Assembly (NCBI GenBank): GCA_035315785.1
Contig: DATFXP010000018.1
Span: 576-64,575 of the forward strand
Length of the DNA: 64,000 nt
Source of the DNA: Candidatus Udaeobacter sp.
GTDB taxonomy: Bacteria; Verrucomicrobiota; Verrucomicrobiia; Chthoniobacterales; UBA10450
Reading direction: 5' to 3'
The first letter of the stretch is position 1; each line of letters begins with the position of its first letter. Positions 8,072 to 17,871 of this stretch are shown piece after piece. The translations under genes were made by a program, and so were the position numbers. The notes under the pieces were generated by a model, which was not told where the DNA came from, ran no database searches, and worked only from the letters and a program-made list of their open reading frames with translations.

Positions 8072-9259
8072 TCAAGCGAAGAAGCGCTCGGGTGGGAGCA
8101 CTGGCTTGGGTTTACAGATTCGGGCGACGCAATGTTCCCAGCTTTCGTGGCCACTCAAAATGTCGATTTCCACCCGCAGAAAATAAATTGGCACTTTCAG
8201 ATCCGCCTCGGGCAGACGCGTCATGCGCACCGAGTCTTTTTCGGTCGTCACAATCATCGCCAGGTCTCGGCGAATACAACGGTTGATGAAGCTGATCAAT
8301 TCCCCTTCGGTGAAGTAATGATGATCGATGTAACGCTTCGCAAGATCGACATGCGCGCCGAGGTTGGTAAGCGCGCCCTCAAAACTTTCAGGGGCAGCAA
8401 TTGCGCACAGCGAGCCGATGAACGCGTCGCGCAAAGCCTCGAGCGGCAATTGTTCGCCCGTAAAAACATTCTGAAGGTAAAGCGGTTTGTGCGCGCATTC
8501 GATAACTTCCGCAGTTCGATTGTAACGACGAATCCGTCGCATCAGCTCGAAATTAGGCTCGCCAGTATTCTTCGTAATAAAGATATAGCTGGCGCGGCGA
8601 AGATTGCGCGGCCTTTCACGCAACGTGCCCCGGGGCAACATGAATTCGTTCCCGAAAGGTGCTTGTCGATCCACAAGCACCATGTCCAGGCGATGCTTGA
8701 GATGGAGATATTGAAATCCGTCGTCGAGCAGAAGTGTGTCGACCTGCCATTTATCGATCGCGAACCGGCCGCTTTTCACCCGGTCCTTGTCTACCAGTAC
8801 AATCACGTCCTTTAAATTGTGGGCGAGCATATAAGGCTCATCCCCGGCGGTCAGCGAATCGAGCAGGAGTGATTTCCCATCGGAAACGACCCGTGGAGGC
8901 TCAGAATCTCCACGGAACCAAGTTCGCCAGCCGCGCTTGCGCGGGACACTCTTATAACCGCGGCTGAGAATTGCCACTCGGCGTCCTCCGGCCTGCAAGG
9001 CGCGAGCAAACTTCTCAACAATCGGCGTCTTACCTGTTCCGCCGACGGTAAGATTACCGATGCTGATCACTAGGCATCCCAGCGTGCGTTCGCGAAGAAC
9101 TCTTTTGCGGTAGAGATAGAGCCGGAGTTGAACCAGCCTGTCGTAGACGAATGAGAGACCGTAAAGGATATGCCGCAAAAAGGAAGCGCGAACGCCATGA
9201 CGTCGTTCGAGGACGACGTCGATGCCGAATTCTTCTAGCTGTTCAAGCCGGCGACCCAT
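8072..9259 (-). CDS. lpxK: Tetraacyldisaccharide 4'-kinase
   Basis: [19 protein letters not shown]-loop and overall LpxK-like layout. The ATG at 9259 (MGRRLEQ) sits 2 nt from the thrB stop, so the ORF-track start at 9403 would overlap thrB. Confidence 0.8.
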   Translation of the reverse strand: MGRRLEQLEEFGIDVVLERRHGVRASFLRHILYGLSFVYDRLVQLRLYLYRKRVLRERTLGCLVISIGNLTVGGTGKTPIVEKFARALQAGGRRVAILSRGYKSVPRKRGWRTWFRGDSEPPRVVSDGKSLLLDSLTAGDEPYMLAHNLKDVIVLVDKDRVKSGRFAIDKWQVDTLLLDDGFQYLHLKHRLDMVLVDRQAPFGNEFMLPRGTLRERPRNLRRASYIFITKNTGEPNFELMRRIRRYNRTAEVIECAHKPLYLQNVFTGEQLPLEALRDAFIGSLCAIAAPESFEGALTNLGAHVDLAKRYIDHHYFTEGELISFINRCIRRDLAMIVTTEKDSVRMTRLPEADLKVPIYFLRVEIDILSGHESWEHCVARICKPKPVLPPERFFA

Positions 9260-9260
9260 C

Positions 9261-10175
9261 TTAATGTTGGACTCCGGATGGCGGGTGGCGCGTTGGTAAT
9301 ACCTCTGCGCCACGATTGTCCGCGTGTGTGATAATTGTGTGGGCGCGCACGGTTGCAGCGCCCGCCATCGCAGTAGCGATTTTTTTGGGTGCTTCGAGCG
9401 CAACAGCCGCTATCGCGGATCCGCTCCCGCTAAGAAACGCCCCAAGCGCTCCAGCTCGCTCAGCGGCCGCGATCACGCGTGGAAGAAACTGAATCAGCTT
9501 CGCGCGGAACGGCTGGTGAAGGTTGTCGGAAAAATTGCCACGCATTTTTTCGTAATCACGCGATGCAAACGCCGCGGTGATTGCACATGCGTTCGCACAG
9601 TTTTGGACCGCAGCAATGTGCGAGATTTTTGAAGGCAGGATTTTTCTTGCGCGCGCGGTTTCGATTTCGAGCTCCGGGACCAGAAGAACGAAAGACAAGC
9701 GCGACGCAACGTCGAACCGCTGCACCGTAGCGCATGCACTTCGGTTCCCCCGTGCAAGCAAGGTGCTCCCGCTACTCTGCACCACAGTGAAACCGCCAAA
9801 GCTGGCGGGCGCAGAGTTATCGGGATGTCCTTCCAATTCGGCGCATAATCTAAATAGGGTAAGTCGATCCAGTGGATCGCCGGTGAGCCGGTTCAGCCCA
9901 AGCAGCACGCCGAGACGAACCGTTGCGCTGCTGCCCAGGCCGCGACACCGTGGAATCTGTTCCACAATTGAAAACGAAAACGAGAACGCACGGCGCCGGG
10001 TCTGCTTGAAAAATCGTTCTGCCGCATCAGACACGATTCGTGAATGAGAAGTTCGATGGATTTTGCCGCGAACGATTGTGACGCTGTTATAAAGGCGAAG
10101 GGCGACGCCCAGACAATCGTAGCCAGCCCCTATATTGGAAGTGCTCGCGGGAACACGAACGGTGACTTGTTGCAT
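9261..10175 (-). CDS. thrB: Homoserine kinase
   Basis: VRVPASTSNIGAGYDCLG and PRCRGLGSSA GHMP-kinase motifs. Start taken at MQQVTVRV (10175). Confidence 0.8.
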   Translation of the reverse strand: MQQVTVRVPASTSNIGAGYDCLGVALRLYNSVTIVRGKIHRTSHSRIVSDAAERFFKQTRRRAFSFSFSIVEQIPRCRGLGSSATVRLGVLLGLNRLTGDPLDRLTLFRLCAELEGHPDNSAPASFGGFTVVQSSGSTLLARGNRSACATVQRFDVASRLSFVLLVPELEIETARARKILPSKISHIAAVQNCANACAITAAFASRDYEKMRGNFSDNLHQPFRAKLIQFLPRVIAAAERAGALGAFLSGSGSAIAAVALEAPKKIATAMAGAATVRAHTIITHADNRGAEVLPTRHPPSGVQH

Positions 10176-10272
10176 AGTTACGCCGCCGCCACGCGGCCGT
10201 TGACTCAACGGCGCGAAAGTGATCGCGCCAGTGTAGCAACGCCACGATTCCCGGCAACCCATCCGTTGCGCC

Positions 10273-11223
10273 ATGCTGATTTCGAACTATCCCGTTGGAG
10301 CACAGAAACAGACGACTATGGGATGGGTTGATCCAGATTTGCTCCGCGATTTCCGGTCAGGGGGGACTGACTCGCACCGGCTTTGTACTATTGAGGACGG
10401 CTGGGTCGAATGTTTCGGCGGCGACGTTCTTATCTCGTTCAAAAAAGTGTTCGCTCGCGAACGGCTGCTGGAAGAGTTCCAAACCTGGGCCGCCTCGGTC
10501 GACTTCCCAGTGCGACGCGTCTTTGAGCGATTCATCCCGACAAAAAGCGAACGTCGCGAATCACCGGCCCTCGTCGTCGGCGATCCCGGCGAGAGTTTAC
10601 AGACGGTCGCCACCGAATGGTATCTGAGGTTCGCCATAGATTTCGGTACGGGCTATTCGCCAGGTCTCTTTTTGGACCAGCGAGAGAATCGCCGATACGT
10701 GCGTCATATCGCGCCAAGGCGACTCCTAAATTGTTTTGCCTATACCTGTTCCTTTTCGGTGTGCGCGGCGTGTAGCGGAGCGAGCACTCTCAACATCGAC
10801 CTTTCCAAAAAATATCTCACCCGTGGACGCGAAAATTTCGCGCTGAACAATCTACTAACGATCAATCATCGTTTTATCACGGATGACGTGCGATCTGTGC
10901 TGCCGCGGCTCGCCCGGAGAGGCGAGAAATTCGATGCCATCATTCTCGATCCGCCGACGTTTTCGCGTTCTCCAGAAGGAAAAACGTTTCAGGTTCAACA
11001 CGACTTCGAACGCTTGCTCATTAGCGCGCTTGCGGTGGCGGGACGCGATGCCCACGTTCTCCTCTCGACAAATTGTTCTGCACTAGGCGAGCGCGCGCTG
11101 GAAGTGATGGCCCGTTATTGCCTGAAAGAAACGCGTCGAGCCGCGACATTTCATCGGCCGCTGCCGTTGCCTGATTTTCCACCCCGCGCGGGCGCAAGCT
11201 CGGTCTGGCTAGCGTTGCGATAA
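10273..11223 (+). CDS. Class I SAM-dependent rRNA methyltransferase (RlmI/RlmK-like)
   Basis: GLFLDQRENR, LNCFAYTCSFSV and ILDPPTFSRS motifs. The start could instead be the ATG at 10318. Confidence 0.65.
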   Translation: MLISNYPVGAQKQTTMGWVDPDLLRDFRSGGTDSHRLCTIEDGWVECFGGDVLISFKKVFARERLLEEFQTWAASVDFPVRRVFERFIPTKSERRESPALVVGDPGESLQTVATEWYLRFAIDFGTGYSPGLFLDQRENRRYVRHIAPRRLLNCFAYTCSFSVCAACSGASTLNIDLSKKYLTRGRENFALNNLLTINHRFITDDVRSVLPRLARRGEKFDAIILDPPTFSRSPEGKTFQVQHDFERLLISALAVAGRDAHVLLSTNCSALGERALEVMARYCLKETRRAATFHRPLPLPDFPPRAGASSVWLALR

Positions 11224-11271
11224 TTGTTGGATGCGCGCAAGATAGGTTTAGAATGCGAATCAATAAACGAC

Positions 11272-11556
11272 ATGGATCAATTATCTGCCGAAATGGTTGC
11301 TGAGTTTCCCGAGCGCGGAATGCAGTGGGTGAAGGACCGAGTTGAAACGGTGGTGAATGAAACCGGAGAGTATGTGCGCGAAAAGCCGACGCAGTCTCTT
11401 TTCTACGCGTTTGCGGCTGGATACGTGTTGAATCGTCTTCCGTTGGGTCGAGTGCTTGCCGGATTTCTGCGTCTGCTCTTCATGGCACTAAAGCCCGCGA
11501 TTTTGATTTACGGTGCCGCCAGACTGTACCGATCGGCACAGGAACGGGAAGCCTAG
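11272..11556 (+). CDS. Hypothetical tail-anchored membrane protein
   Basis: MDQLSAEMVAEF... with a C-terminal hydrophobic segment (LFYAFAAGYVLNRL...LKPAILIYGAARLY). Confidence 0.35.
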   Translation: MDQLSAEMVAEFPERGMQWVKDRVETVVNETGEYVREKPTQSLFYAFAAGYVLNRLPLGRVLAGFLRLLFMALKPAILIYGAARLYRSAQEREA

Positions 11557-11614
11557 CACTGGTAGAGTTGGGAGGGTTGAATCGCCAAGCGGCAAGCGCG
11601 GCGAACGCGGTGCA

Positions 11615-11824
11615 CTACTCGTCCAGGGTAAACCCGATCCTTAGGGTCACCTGCCAGTGTTCGATTTTGCCTTCGTCGATATATCCGCGGGTCTCGGTTA
11701 CCTCAAACCACCGCATGTTGCGAATCGTCTTGTTCGCGCGCGACAGGGCGTTGTGGACCGCCTCTTCCATTCCGTTTGGCGAAGAGCCAACGATCTCAAT
11801 TTTCTTGTAAATGTGTTCAGCCAT
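11615..11824 (-). CDS. Dodecin-family flavin-binding protein
   Basis: 69 aa. HIYKKIEIVGSSPNGMEEAVHNALSRANKTIRNMRWFEVTETRGYI..GKIEHWQVTLRIGF matches the dodecin pattern. ATG at 11824. Confidence 0.7.
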   Translation of the reverse strand: MAEHIYKKIEIVGSSPNGMEEAVHNALSRANKTIRNMRWFEVTETRGYIDEGKIEHWQVTLRIGFTLDE

Positions 11825-11954
11825 GCACGCATTGTCTGCCGCACTCGCGTCCAAAACAATAACAACCCTCCGCGTGGCGGCACCCATCGGCACGCCAGCC
11901 AGTAAAGGGGGAATTTGCTTTACAAGTGAATACGCATTCCGTCAGCCTCGCGTT

Positions 11955-12470
11955 GTGCGAACATGGTTTGCAGTTTGGGTGTTGTTAATGGCTGCTTTGT
12001 GCTGCGTACACGCCCAGGACCAGGAAAAAAAACTGGTCGATCGACTCCTCAAGCCGGACATGGCGCTGCAGAACGACGCACAAAACAAGAAATTCGTCGG
12101 GGACGGTTCGGCATCCATCAATAAACGCGCAAATGTCGGGACGTTTTACATTCATCAGAAAACGCATTCGAAAAGTTTTGGAACACGAGACTTCTCCACA
12201 TCGCAATTTTATTCTCAGACCTACCACCGCAAGCGCACCGCTTACGAGGTTTCATCACAACAAACGGTTGCGAATTCAAAGGCGGCTTACGCAAGTCAAA
12301 CCGCCCACGGTGTTCATAATGCGCCTCAGTCCGGAAAAAAGGTCGCTTCGCAAGCGTATGCAGGTAACCGGCCCTTTCTGGGCCAGGGCACAAATCAGAA
12401 GTCACTCAACAAAAAGAACGAGCCGCTCACGATCGAGCAGGTGCGCGAGTTGTTGAACAAAAATAAGTAG
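11955..12470 (+). CDS. Secreted Q/K/S-rich hypothetical protein
   Basis: A GTG at 11955 gives the signal peptide VRTWFAVWVLLMAALCCVHAQ. The ORF-track start at 11811 would overlap the dodecin gene start. Confidence 0.35.
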   Translation: MRTWFAVWVLLMAALCCVHAQDQEKKLVDRLLKPDMALQNDAQNKKFVGDGSASINKRANVGTFYIHQKTHSKSFGTRDFSTSQFYSQTYHRKRTAYEVSSQQTVANSKAAYASQTAHGVHNAPQSGKKVASQAYAGNRPFLGQGTNQKSLNKKNEPLTIEQVRELLNKNK

Positions 12471-12513
12471 CGCTCGTCCGGCCGAGACGCGTGCGCTATT
12501 CTGCCAGCGGACC

Positions 12514-13698
12514 ATGCAACCGGACGAAGCTCTTGCATTGTTAAAACGAGGCTCGGCGCAGATCATCAATGAGAGCGAACTGCGCGAGAAGCTTGCGCTG
12601 GGCCGACCGTTACGTGTCAAGCTGGGGGTGGACCCAACCACATCGGATATTCACCTTGGGCACACGATTGTTTTGCGAAAACTGAGGGAATTTCAGGACC
12701 TCGGGCACCAGGCAATTCTCATCATCGGCGATTTTACCGGAATGATTGGAGATCCGAGCGGTCGGTCCGTTACGCGGCCGCACCTGACTCATCAAGAAGT
12801 TATCGCAAACGGGGCGACTTATCGCGAGCAGGCGTTCAAGATTCTGGATCCCGAGCGCACCGACACAGTCTGCAACGGTGACTGGTTTCGAGGTATGTCG
12901 TTTGAAGACGTGATTCGCCTGAACAGCCGGGTGACGCTGCAGCAGATGTTGCAACGAGAAGATTTCAAAGCACGGATCGAACAACAGCACCCGATCCGCG
13001 CCCACGAGGTTCAATATCCCATCATGCAGGGGTGGGATTCGGTGATGGTGAAGGCCGACGTGGAACTCGGAGGAACTGATCAACTCTTTAACATCCTAAT
13101 CGGGCGCGATTTTCAACGGGAAGAGGCCATGCCGCAGCAGGTCGTTTTTCTGCTTCCGATTCTCGAAGGCTTGGATGGTTCCAAAAAGATGAGCAAAAGC
13201 CTGGGGAATTACGTCGCAATCAACGAATCCCCCTCGGAAATGTTCGGGAAACTGATGAGCATTTCGGACGGTTTGATGGGGCGGTACTACGAATTGCTCC
13301 TGCAGCACGCAGTGCCGAGCGAGCTGCATCCGCTAGAAGCGAAGAAGCAGCTCGCGTTCGAAATCGTGAAGAAATACCACTCGGCCGATGCGGCCAAAAA
13401 AATGCTGGACGACTGGAACACGCGTTTCAGTAGGCGCGACTTGTCGCGCGCAGATCTGCCACCGTATTCACCAGCTGAACGGCAAGACATCACCGCCGTC
13501 GCTCTCGTCTCGGAGGTTTATAGGAACGTGTTTCGGTTAGAGAAATCGCACAGCGAAGTCTCCCGACTGATCAAACAGGGAAGCGTGGAAATCGACGGCA
13601 AGAAGGTCACTGGTCCTAAGGCGAAAATCACCCTTCACCCGGGCCAGGTCCTTCGCCTCGACCGCAAACGCGCCGTGCGAATAGCGTGGCCCGGGTGA
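12514..13698 (+). CDS. tyrS: Tyrosine--tRNA ligase
   Basis: HLGH (DIHLGHT) and KMSKS motifs plus a C-terminal S4-like domain. Confidence 0.9.
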   Translation: MQPDEALALLKRGSAQIINESELREKLALGRPLRVKLGVDPTTSDIHLGHTIVLRKLREFQDLGHQAILIIGDFTGMIGDPSGRSVTRPHLTHQEVIANGATYREQAFKILDPERTDTVCNGDWFRGMSFEDVIRLNSRVTLQQMLQREDFKARIEQQHPIRAHEVQYPIMQGWDSVMVKADVELGGTDQLFNILIGRDFQREEAMPQQVVFLLPILEGLDGSKKMSKSLGNYVAINESPSEMFGKLMSISDGLMGRYYELLLQHAVPSELHPLEAKKQLAFEIVKKYHSADAAKKMLDDWNTRFSRRDLSRADLPPYSPAERQDITAVALVSEVYRNVFRLEKSHSEVSRLIKQGSVEIDGKKVTGPKAKITLHPGQVLRLDRKRAVRIAWPG

Positions 13699-13750
13699 CC
13701 CAAATTCCATTGATCGCGAGTGATTTTGTTTAGTAGCGAACGCCTTTTCG

Positions 13751-14227
13751 TTAGGCGTGAGCCGCCTGGAGTACGGGTATTACGCGCGTGCGCTCCAGAT
13801 AGGTTGACCTGATACCTTCGAAATGCGCGCGGATGCTACGCAGTTCGGCATTAACAAAGCTGTCCACAAAATGCAGACGCCGATCCAGCCAAGCGAAAAG
13901 TTTATTTTGGATTTCGTAGTGGACCGCGAGCGTAACTTCGGTGCAGTGCGGCCGGATTTCAGCGAAATCCGCGATGCCGATGAGGGAAATGTTTCCACCC
14001 ACGGACTCGAATGCATACTGGTCCGGCGAGTCGCCGTCCACCGACAACAGCACCGTGTGTGCCTCGAAACCGAAAGGTCCGCGAAAGCTGAAATCGACCG
14101 TCTTGGATGATGTCACGGTCGCCCGTGTCACCATCAGAAACTGTCGTCGATAAGATTGAATACTAGCCAAACGTGCTTTGCACTCGGCCAACGGTTGGCT
14201 CATGTGTAATGTTTTTTCTAGGAGCAT
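13751..14227 (-). CDS. SRPBCC/START-like hypothetical protein
   Basis: 158 aa. The size and beta-rich pattern are consistent with the SRPBCC fold, but I see no sharp motif. Confidence 0.35.
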   Translation of the reverse strand: MLLEKTLHMSQPLAECKARLASIQSYRRQFLMVTRATVTSSKTVDFSFRGPFGFEAHTVLLSVDGDSPDQYAFESVGGNISLIGIADFAEIRPHCTEVTLAVHYEIQNKLFAWLDRRLHFVDSFVNAELRSIRAHFEGIRSTYLERTRVIPVLQAAHA

Positions 14228-14420
14228 AGGACTTGAGTTGGTTTTGGCCTCTTTTAAAGCAATACCGATGCCAACTCATCATCCGAAGGAGAATCTGGAA
14301 CTCGGAGTAGAAATAGTGTTCGTTTTTGCGACAGCGCTGTAATCATCGCAACACGCCAGCCCCCTTCCGGGCTGGGATTCTCCCGTAAGTACCTATCAGG
14401 TTTTGTCTTAGGCAGCAGAG

Positions 14421-15161
14421 TTACGCCACCTGTTTGATGCCCTCAGCTTCGTTAGGTGAGCGAGTCGCGCGAATTGTCTCCATCATCGACAGAAATATTT
14501 TCGCGCCGTCTGCGCTGCCAAGCTGCGCATCCGAAGCACGATCAGGATGCGGCATCAAACCGAAGACATTCCGTTCACGGTTACAAATCCCAGCGATGTT
14601 TTCGATTGAGCCATTAGGATTTGCTTCGGGAACGATCCGCCCCTGTTTGTCCGCGTATCGCAAAACCACTTGTTCATTGGCGTTCAGTTCGCGCAACGCT
14701 TGCGGGTCAGCAAAAAAACAGCCCTCGCCGTGCGCCACAGGCAGGCGCAAAAGCGTTCCTTTCGGACAACCCTGTGTAAATGGCGAATCATCTACCTCAA
14801 CGCGCGTAATCACCATGTCGCAAACAAACCGAAGTGAGCGATTTCGCACCAACGCACCTGGTAACAGACCGGCCTCGCACAAGACTTGAAAGCCGTTGCA
14901 TGTGCCGAGCACGAGCTTGCCGGAGCGCGCATCGCTGATCACCGCATTCATGATCGGCGAAAAACGAGCGATAGCTCCACAGCGAAGGTAATCGCCGTAC
15001 GCGAATCCGCCGGGCAGCACGATCGCGTCGAAAGCATCGAGCGAAGTTTCCTTGTGCCAGACGTATTCGGCCTTTAATCCGTCCAGGCCATTAATCGCCG
15101 CCACACAATCCTGGTCGCAATTGGAACCCGGAAACTGAATGACAGCAAACTTCATGTCCAT
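14421..15161 (-). CDS. purQ: Phosphoribosylformylglycinamidine synthase, glutaminase subunit
   Basis: FAVIQFPGSNCDQD, GTCNGFQ (catalytic Cys) and MPHPDR motifs. Confidence 0.85.
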   Translation of the reverse strand: MDMKFAVIQFPGSNCDQDCVAAINGLDGLKAEYVWHKETSLDAFDAIVLPGGFAYGDYLRCGAIARFSPIMNAVISDARSGKLVLGTCNGFQVLCEAGLLPGALVRNRSLRFVCDMVITRVEVDDSPFTQGCPKGTLLRLPVAHGEGCFFADPQALRELNANEQVVLRYADKQGRIVPEANPNGSIENIAGICNRERNVFGLMPHPDRASDAQLGSADGAKIFLSMMETIRATRSPNEAEGIKQVA

Positions 15162-15350
15162 CTACTGTCCAGCGGCGGCTGCGCGTTGTTCCCCGTGATA
15201 ATCGTTCACAACCAAACAGGCGTGAATAACTCCCGGAATCCATCCGAGTAAGGTCAAAATCAGACTGAGGAAAAAGCTTCCGATACGACCTGTCATCAGC
15301 ACTGCCAGTGGCGGAAAGACCACGCAGAAAAAATATCGCAGCGCTTTCAT
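15162..15350 (-). CDS. YqaE/Pmp3-family small membrane protein
   Basis: 62 aa. FPPLAVLMTGR...LTLLGWIPGVIHA is the Pmp3 signature. Its start overlaps the purS stop (ATGA) and its stop abuts the purQ start. Confidence 0.7.
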   Translation of the reverse strand: MKALRYFFCVVFPPLAVLMTGRIGSFFLSLILTLLGWIPGVIHACLVVNDYHGEQRAAAAGQ

Positions 15351-15646
15351 GACGCACGCTTCCTCTTCCTTTGAGTCTTCGTCTTATTCCTTCTGTTATT
15401 TCTTAATTCGCCTTCCAACAATTCGTAATCTTCGATTACCGGATTTGACAGCAGATCGCGACAAAGCTGGTGCAGCCGCGATTCAAGCTCACCGTTCTGC
15501 CCTTCGATCTCGATCTCCATGTATTTCCCAATTCGCACACTTCGGACTTCCGGCATTCCCAGGTGACGCATTGCGTCGCGGACCGCGTTTCCCTGCGGAT
15601 CCAGCACCGCGGCTTTTGGCATGACGATCACCTTGGCCTTCATCAC
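15347..15646 (-). CDS. purS: Phosphoribosylformylglycinamidine synthase subunit PurS (with a basic C-terminal tail)
   Basis: KAKVIVMPKAAVLDPQGNAVRDAMRHLG...VRIGKYMEIEIEG. The extra tail reads RNNRRNKTKTQRKRKRAS. Confidence 0.8.
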   Translation of the reverse strand: MMKAKVIVMPKAAVLDPQGNAVRDAMRHLGMPEVRSVRIGKYMEIEIEGQNGELESRLHQLCRDLLSNPVIEDYELLEGELRNNRRNKTKTQRKRKRAS

Positions 15647-15693
15647 GGCACAATATTGCGGCGATCTGCGGCGACAAGCGCAATCGCTACTGT

Positions 15694-17871
15694 TTACTTC
15701 AGCACGATGACGTCGAGACTGCCGTTCCGTCGAAGGACGTTTACGCCTACATCTCCTTCGTCGTGTCTCGTGAGCAGAAGATCAACGCTTGCGTCTCCGA
15801 TCTTCAGGTCACGAATGCTGACTTTCGGAAGAAATTGCGGCAAGAATGGCTTCGAAAACACCATCCTTCCTTCTGGAGCAAAAATCTCGAGCCCGAGACA
15901 TGCTTGCAGTGACAGAAACACAGCACCAGAAGCCCATGCTTGCGGGGCGCAGGCGACTGGATACGACGTGGGCGCTTCACCGGGCCGTCGCGGAAAACCG
16001 CAAAATAGTTCCGGAAGGCGATGTAAATCGAAGAAGATGCTCGCGTCCATCATACCAGCGAGGACCATGCCCACTGATCCCTTAATGTCGTACCTGGCGA
16101 ATCCAGCGGCGATCAGCGAGTTATCATGCGGCCAGATCGAACCATTGTGATACGACATCGGGTTGTACCGCGCCTCACTGCTGGCTACTGTGCGAATTCC
16201 CCATCCGGAAAAGGATGTGTTGTCGGTTAACGTAGTCGCAACGCGCCGCGCGTGTTCGTCTGTCGCAATACCCGCGAACAGACAATGTCCAGCATTCGAC
16301 GTTCGTACCCTGCATGGTCGCTTACTGCCGTCCAGAGCGAGGGCATATGTCGAAATGTCCTCGCACCAGAAAATTTCCTCGAACCGGCGGCGCAAGCTCT
16401 TGGCTTGGTTCTTTAGCTCTCGCGCAACTGTGTTATCGCCTAATAGCATAGCCAACTCGCCCGCCGCGAGCTTCGCGGCGTAAACATAACCTTGTACTTC
16501 GCACAGGGCGATCGGCGCCTGGGCAAGAGTGCCGTCGCTGTGAAAAACCGAGTCTTGAGAATCTTTCCAACCCTGATGAATGAGACCGTGTTTCGACCTG
16601 CGGCTGTATTCTACGAAACCATCGCCATCTGCGTCGCCGTAGCGGTTGATCCATTCGAGGGCGCGCTGGACATTCGACCAAATCGACTCGATAAAAGCGC
16701 GGTCACCTGTGCGCTTATAATATGCGCCCGCCAGGATCACAAAAAGTGGCGTCGCGTCGATGCTTCCGTAGTAACGCCTGAATGGTACCTCACCTAGGAC
16801 CGCCATTTCATCATCGCGGAATTCATGCAGCACCTTACCGGGTTGCGCATCTTGCTCGGGCTTCTCAGCATCGGCTTGATTGGCAGCGAGATAAGCCAAA
16901 ACACCCCGAGCGATGGATGGATCGAACCACAAACATTGTAACGCCGTGATAATTCCGTCCCGGCCGAACACGGTGCTGAACCAGGGAACACCAGCGTAAG
17001 GATACGGGCCATAACGCGTCTCGGTTCGCATCATGTGGAGATCAGCCAGCGAACGGTTCAGCCAGTCGTTGAACTGTTCATTGTCAGCGAAGATCTGCGG
17101 TTCGCGTGCCCGGGTGTGTTCGAGCGTACGCGTGGCTTCCTGCATGATCTTTTCGTAAGACTTATTCTCGCCCTGCGAATCTCCGTCCACCTCGCAGGCA
17201 ACTGCCCACTGATAATTGGCATTCTCGCCAGGCTCCAAATGGATCTGGCAACTAACAATAGATTTGGTTACACGAGATGGCTTCGGATCGAAGATGATCC
17301 GCGTCCGGCGAAACCGTTGGTCCAATCCTTCATACGCCAGAACAAGTCCGTCGTTTGTGATCTCGGGTTCCAAGCGACGACCGTGGCGCTCGCGATGCAT
17401 TCCACGGAGTTCGAAAATATCGGCAAAATCGGCATCGAACTCGATCGACAAAACAAAATCAACAGATGCGCGTCCGTAGTTGTGAATGCGAAGCCGCTCA
17501 TGACAGGCTTTGTCCCATAAAATCTTTGAGCGAAACACGTGGATCGTTCCTCTTGGAACTACTATCTCGCTATCGCGCCAGACGTCGGGGTTAGTAGCGT
17601 CTACAGCTAGAACAGCGTTGTCCTCTCGAACGGTCGAGCTCAGTAGCAGCGGCCGATCTTTTCCGAGCTTCAAAGTCAGCCGGGACAAAAATCGTGTATC
17701 CTGATAATACAGTCCGAGTTCGCCGGTGCCAAACGTCTCAATGTCGCCAAATCGATCGAAAACGGCGTACATGTCTCCCTGTTTCAAAACCCGTGGGCGT
17801 ACGTCCACACGGGCTGAAGAGGAACGAATATAAAACTCGTTCCGAACACGAATTACTTCTCCCCTGGCCAT
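15694..17871 (-). CDS. Amylo-alpha-1,6-glucosidase / glycogen-debranching-like protein (GDE_N_bis + GDE_C)
   Basis: 725 aa. VFDRFGDI...GLYYQDTRFLS in the N-domain and VPWFSTVFGRDG...(alpha/alpha)6-type C-domain motifs. Confidence 0.75.
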   Translation of the reverse strand: MARGEVIRVRNEFYIRSSSARVDVRPRVLKQGDMYAVFDRFGDIETFGTGELGLYYQDTRFLSRLTLKLGKDRPLLLSSTVREDNAVLAVDATNPDVWRDSEIVVPRGTIHVFRSKILWDKACHERLRIHNYGRASVDFVLSIEFDADFADIFELRGMHRERHGRRLEPEITNDGLVLAYEGLDQRFRRTRIIFDPKPSRVTKSIVSCQIHLEPGENANYQWAVACEVDGDSQGENKSYEKIMQEATRTLEHTRAREPQIFADNEQFNDWLNRSLADLHMMRTETRYGPYPYAGVPWFSTVFGRDGIITALQCLWFDPSIARGVLAYLAANQADAEKPEQDAQPGKVLHEFRDDEMAVLGEVPFRRYYGSIDATPLFVILAGAYYKRTGDRAFIESIWSNVQRALEWINRYGDADGDGFVEYSRRSKHGLIHQGWKDSQDSVFHSDGTLAQAPIALCEVQGYVYAAKLAAGELAMLLGDNTVARELKNQAKSLRRRFEEIFWCEDISTYALALDGSKRPCRVRTSNAGHCLFAGIATDEHARRVATTLTDNTSFSGWGIRTVASSEARYNPMSYHNGSIWPHDNSLIAAGFARYDIKGSVGMVLAGMMDASIFFDLHRLPELFCGFPRRPGEAPTSYPVACAPQAWASGAVFLSLQACLGLEIFAPEGRMVFSKPFLPQFLPKVSIRDLKIGDASVDLLLTRHDEGDVGVNVLRRNGSLDVIVLK

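Noticed and set aside
8132-8815. 227-aa plus-strand ORF opposite lpxK, and 7539..8186 opposite the LigD-Pol gene
   Set aside because: They are antisense to genes with clear catalytic motifs.
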